Source: the human T2T-CHM13v2.0 reference genome, Homo sapiens
Assembly (NCBI RefSeq): GCF_009914755.1
Contig: NC_060930.1
Direction: 5' to 3' (one strand)
DNA: 64,000 nucleotides
Part shown: positions 63,033-64,000 of the stretch, piece by piece
Position numbering within the stretch: the stretch's first letter is position 1
Layout: each line of letters begins with the position of its first letter
Notes under the pieces: generated by a model
Told to the model about the DNA's origin: nothing
What the model saw: only the letters and a program-made list of their open reading frames with translations
Databases searched by the model: none
Made by a program: the position numbers and the translations under genes

Positions 63033-63290
63033 CCCAAGGCCATTTGTTGAGATGTTCTTGTTCTGTTCCCTTTTTGCACTTTTATCTGGACCATCTCCTT
63101 TTGTATTATCTCTGTTATACCTGTCCTGCTCAATTTTGAGTCAATTCCCAGGTTTTTTCTTTTTCTCAGTTTGGGGTCCTATCCTGGAAGAGAAACTTCA
63201 TGGTCAGATATGAGAGTTTGTAGGGGCTAGACTGTCTCTCCCCATTCCAAGCTTATTGTGGCCCATTCACACTTAATTGTTATTGGACTG

Positions 63291-64000
63291 TGTATTAGTG
63301 TGTTTTCACACTGCTAATAAAGACATACCTGAGACTGGGTAATTTCTAAAGAAAAAGAGGTTTAATGGACTCACAGTTCCACGTGGCTGGGGAGGCCTCA
63401 AATCATGGCAGAAGGCGAAAGGCACATCTTACATTGCAGCAGACAAGAATGGGAGCTAAGTGAAAGGGGTTTCCCCTTATAAAACCATTGACTCTCATGA
63501 GACTTACTCACTACCAAGAGAACAGTAAGGGGAAAACCGCCCCCATGATTCAATTATTTCCCACTGGGTCTCTCCCACAACACATGGGAATTATGGGAGC
63601 TACAATTCAAGATGAAATTTGCGTGGGGACACAGCCAAACCATACCATTCCACCCTTGGCCCCTCCCAAATCTCATGCCCTTACCTTGCAAAACCAATCA
63701 TGCCTTCCCAGCAGGCCCCCAAAGTCTTAACTCATTTCAGCATTAACTCAAAAGTCCATAGTCCAAAGTCTCATCCAAGACAAGGCAAGTCCCTTCCACC
63801 TATGAGCCTGTAAAATCAAAAGCAAGGTAGTTACTTCCTAGATACAGTGGGAATACAGGCATTGGGTAAATACAGCTGTTCCAAATGGAGAAATTGGCCA
63901 AAATGAAGGAGCCACAGGCCCCATGCAAGTCGGAAATCCAGCAGGTCAGTCAAATCTTAAAGCTCGAAAATTATCTCCTTTGACTCTGTGTCTCACATGC
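63291..64000 (-). mobile_element. THE1B-like LTR (63291-63647) plus internal region running off the window
   Basis: TGTATTAGT...CCAAACCATACCA LTR followed by THE1-int sequence similar to 42478 onward. Confidence 0.9.

Overview
Human (or very close hominid) genomic DNA, not prokaryotic. The window is the 3' part of the long first intron, coding exon 2 (54925-55058, + strand) and the start of intron 2 of SMAP1, an ArfGAP zinc-finger protein. Most of the rest is transposon-derived: about 35 Alus, two apparently full-length antisense L1M elements with target-site duplications (TSDs), a full THE1A provirus, a MER9 (HML-3) solo LTR, MST/MLT/THE1B LTRs, Tigger3b, MER1A, MER3, MER5, MIR and L2 fragments, often nested several layers deep. 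Two processed pseudogenes lie in the sense orientation: TMEM192 (16232-17457, inside an L1) and NDUFAB1 (about 57021-57688). I found no new protein-coding system; nearly all listed ORFs are repeat artefacts. The most unusual signals are (i) a ~97-bp copy of unique flanking DNA pasted into the THE1A internal region next to a 25-bp duplication, (ii) a ~80-nt foreign segment in the TMEM192 retrocopy where I recall the exon 1/2 junction to be, and (iii) two strong, divergently oriented CTCF motifs. Repeat subfamily names and reference proteins come from memory and need RepeatMasker/BLAST confirmation.
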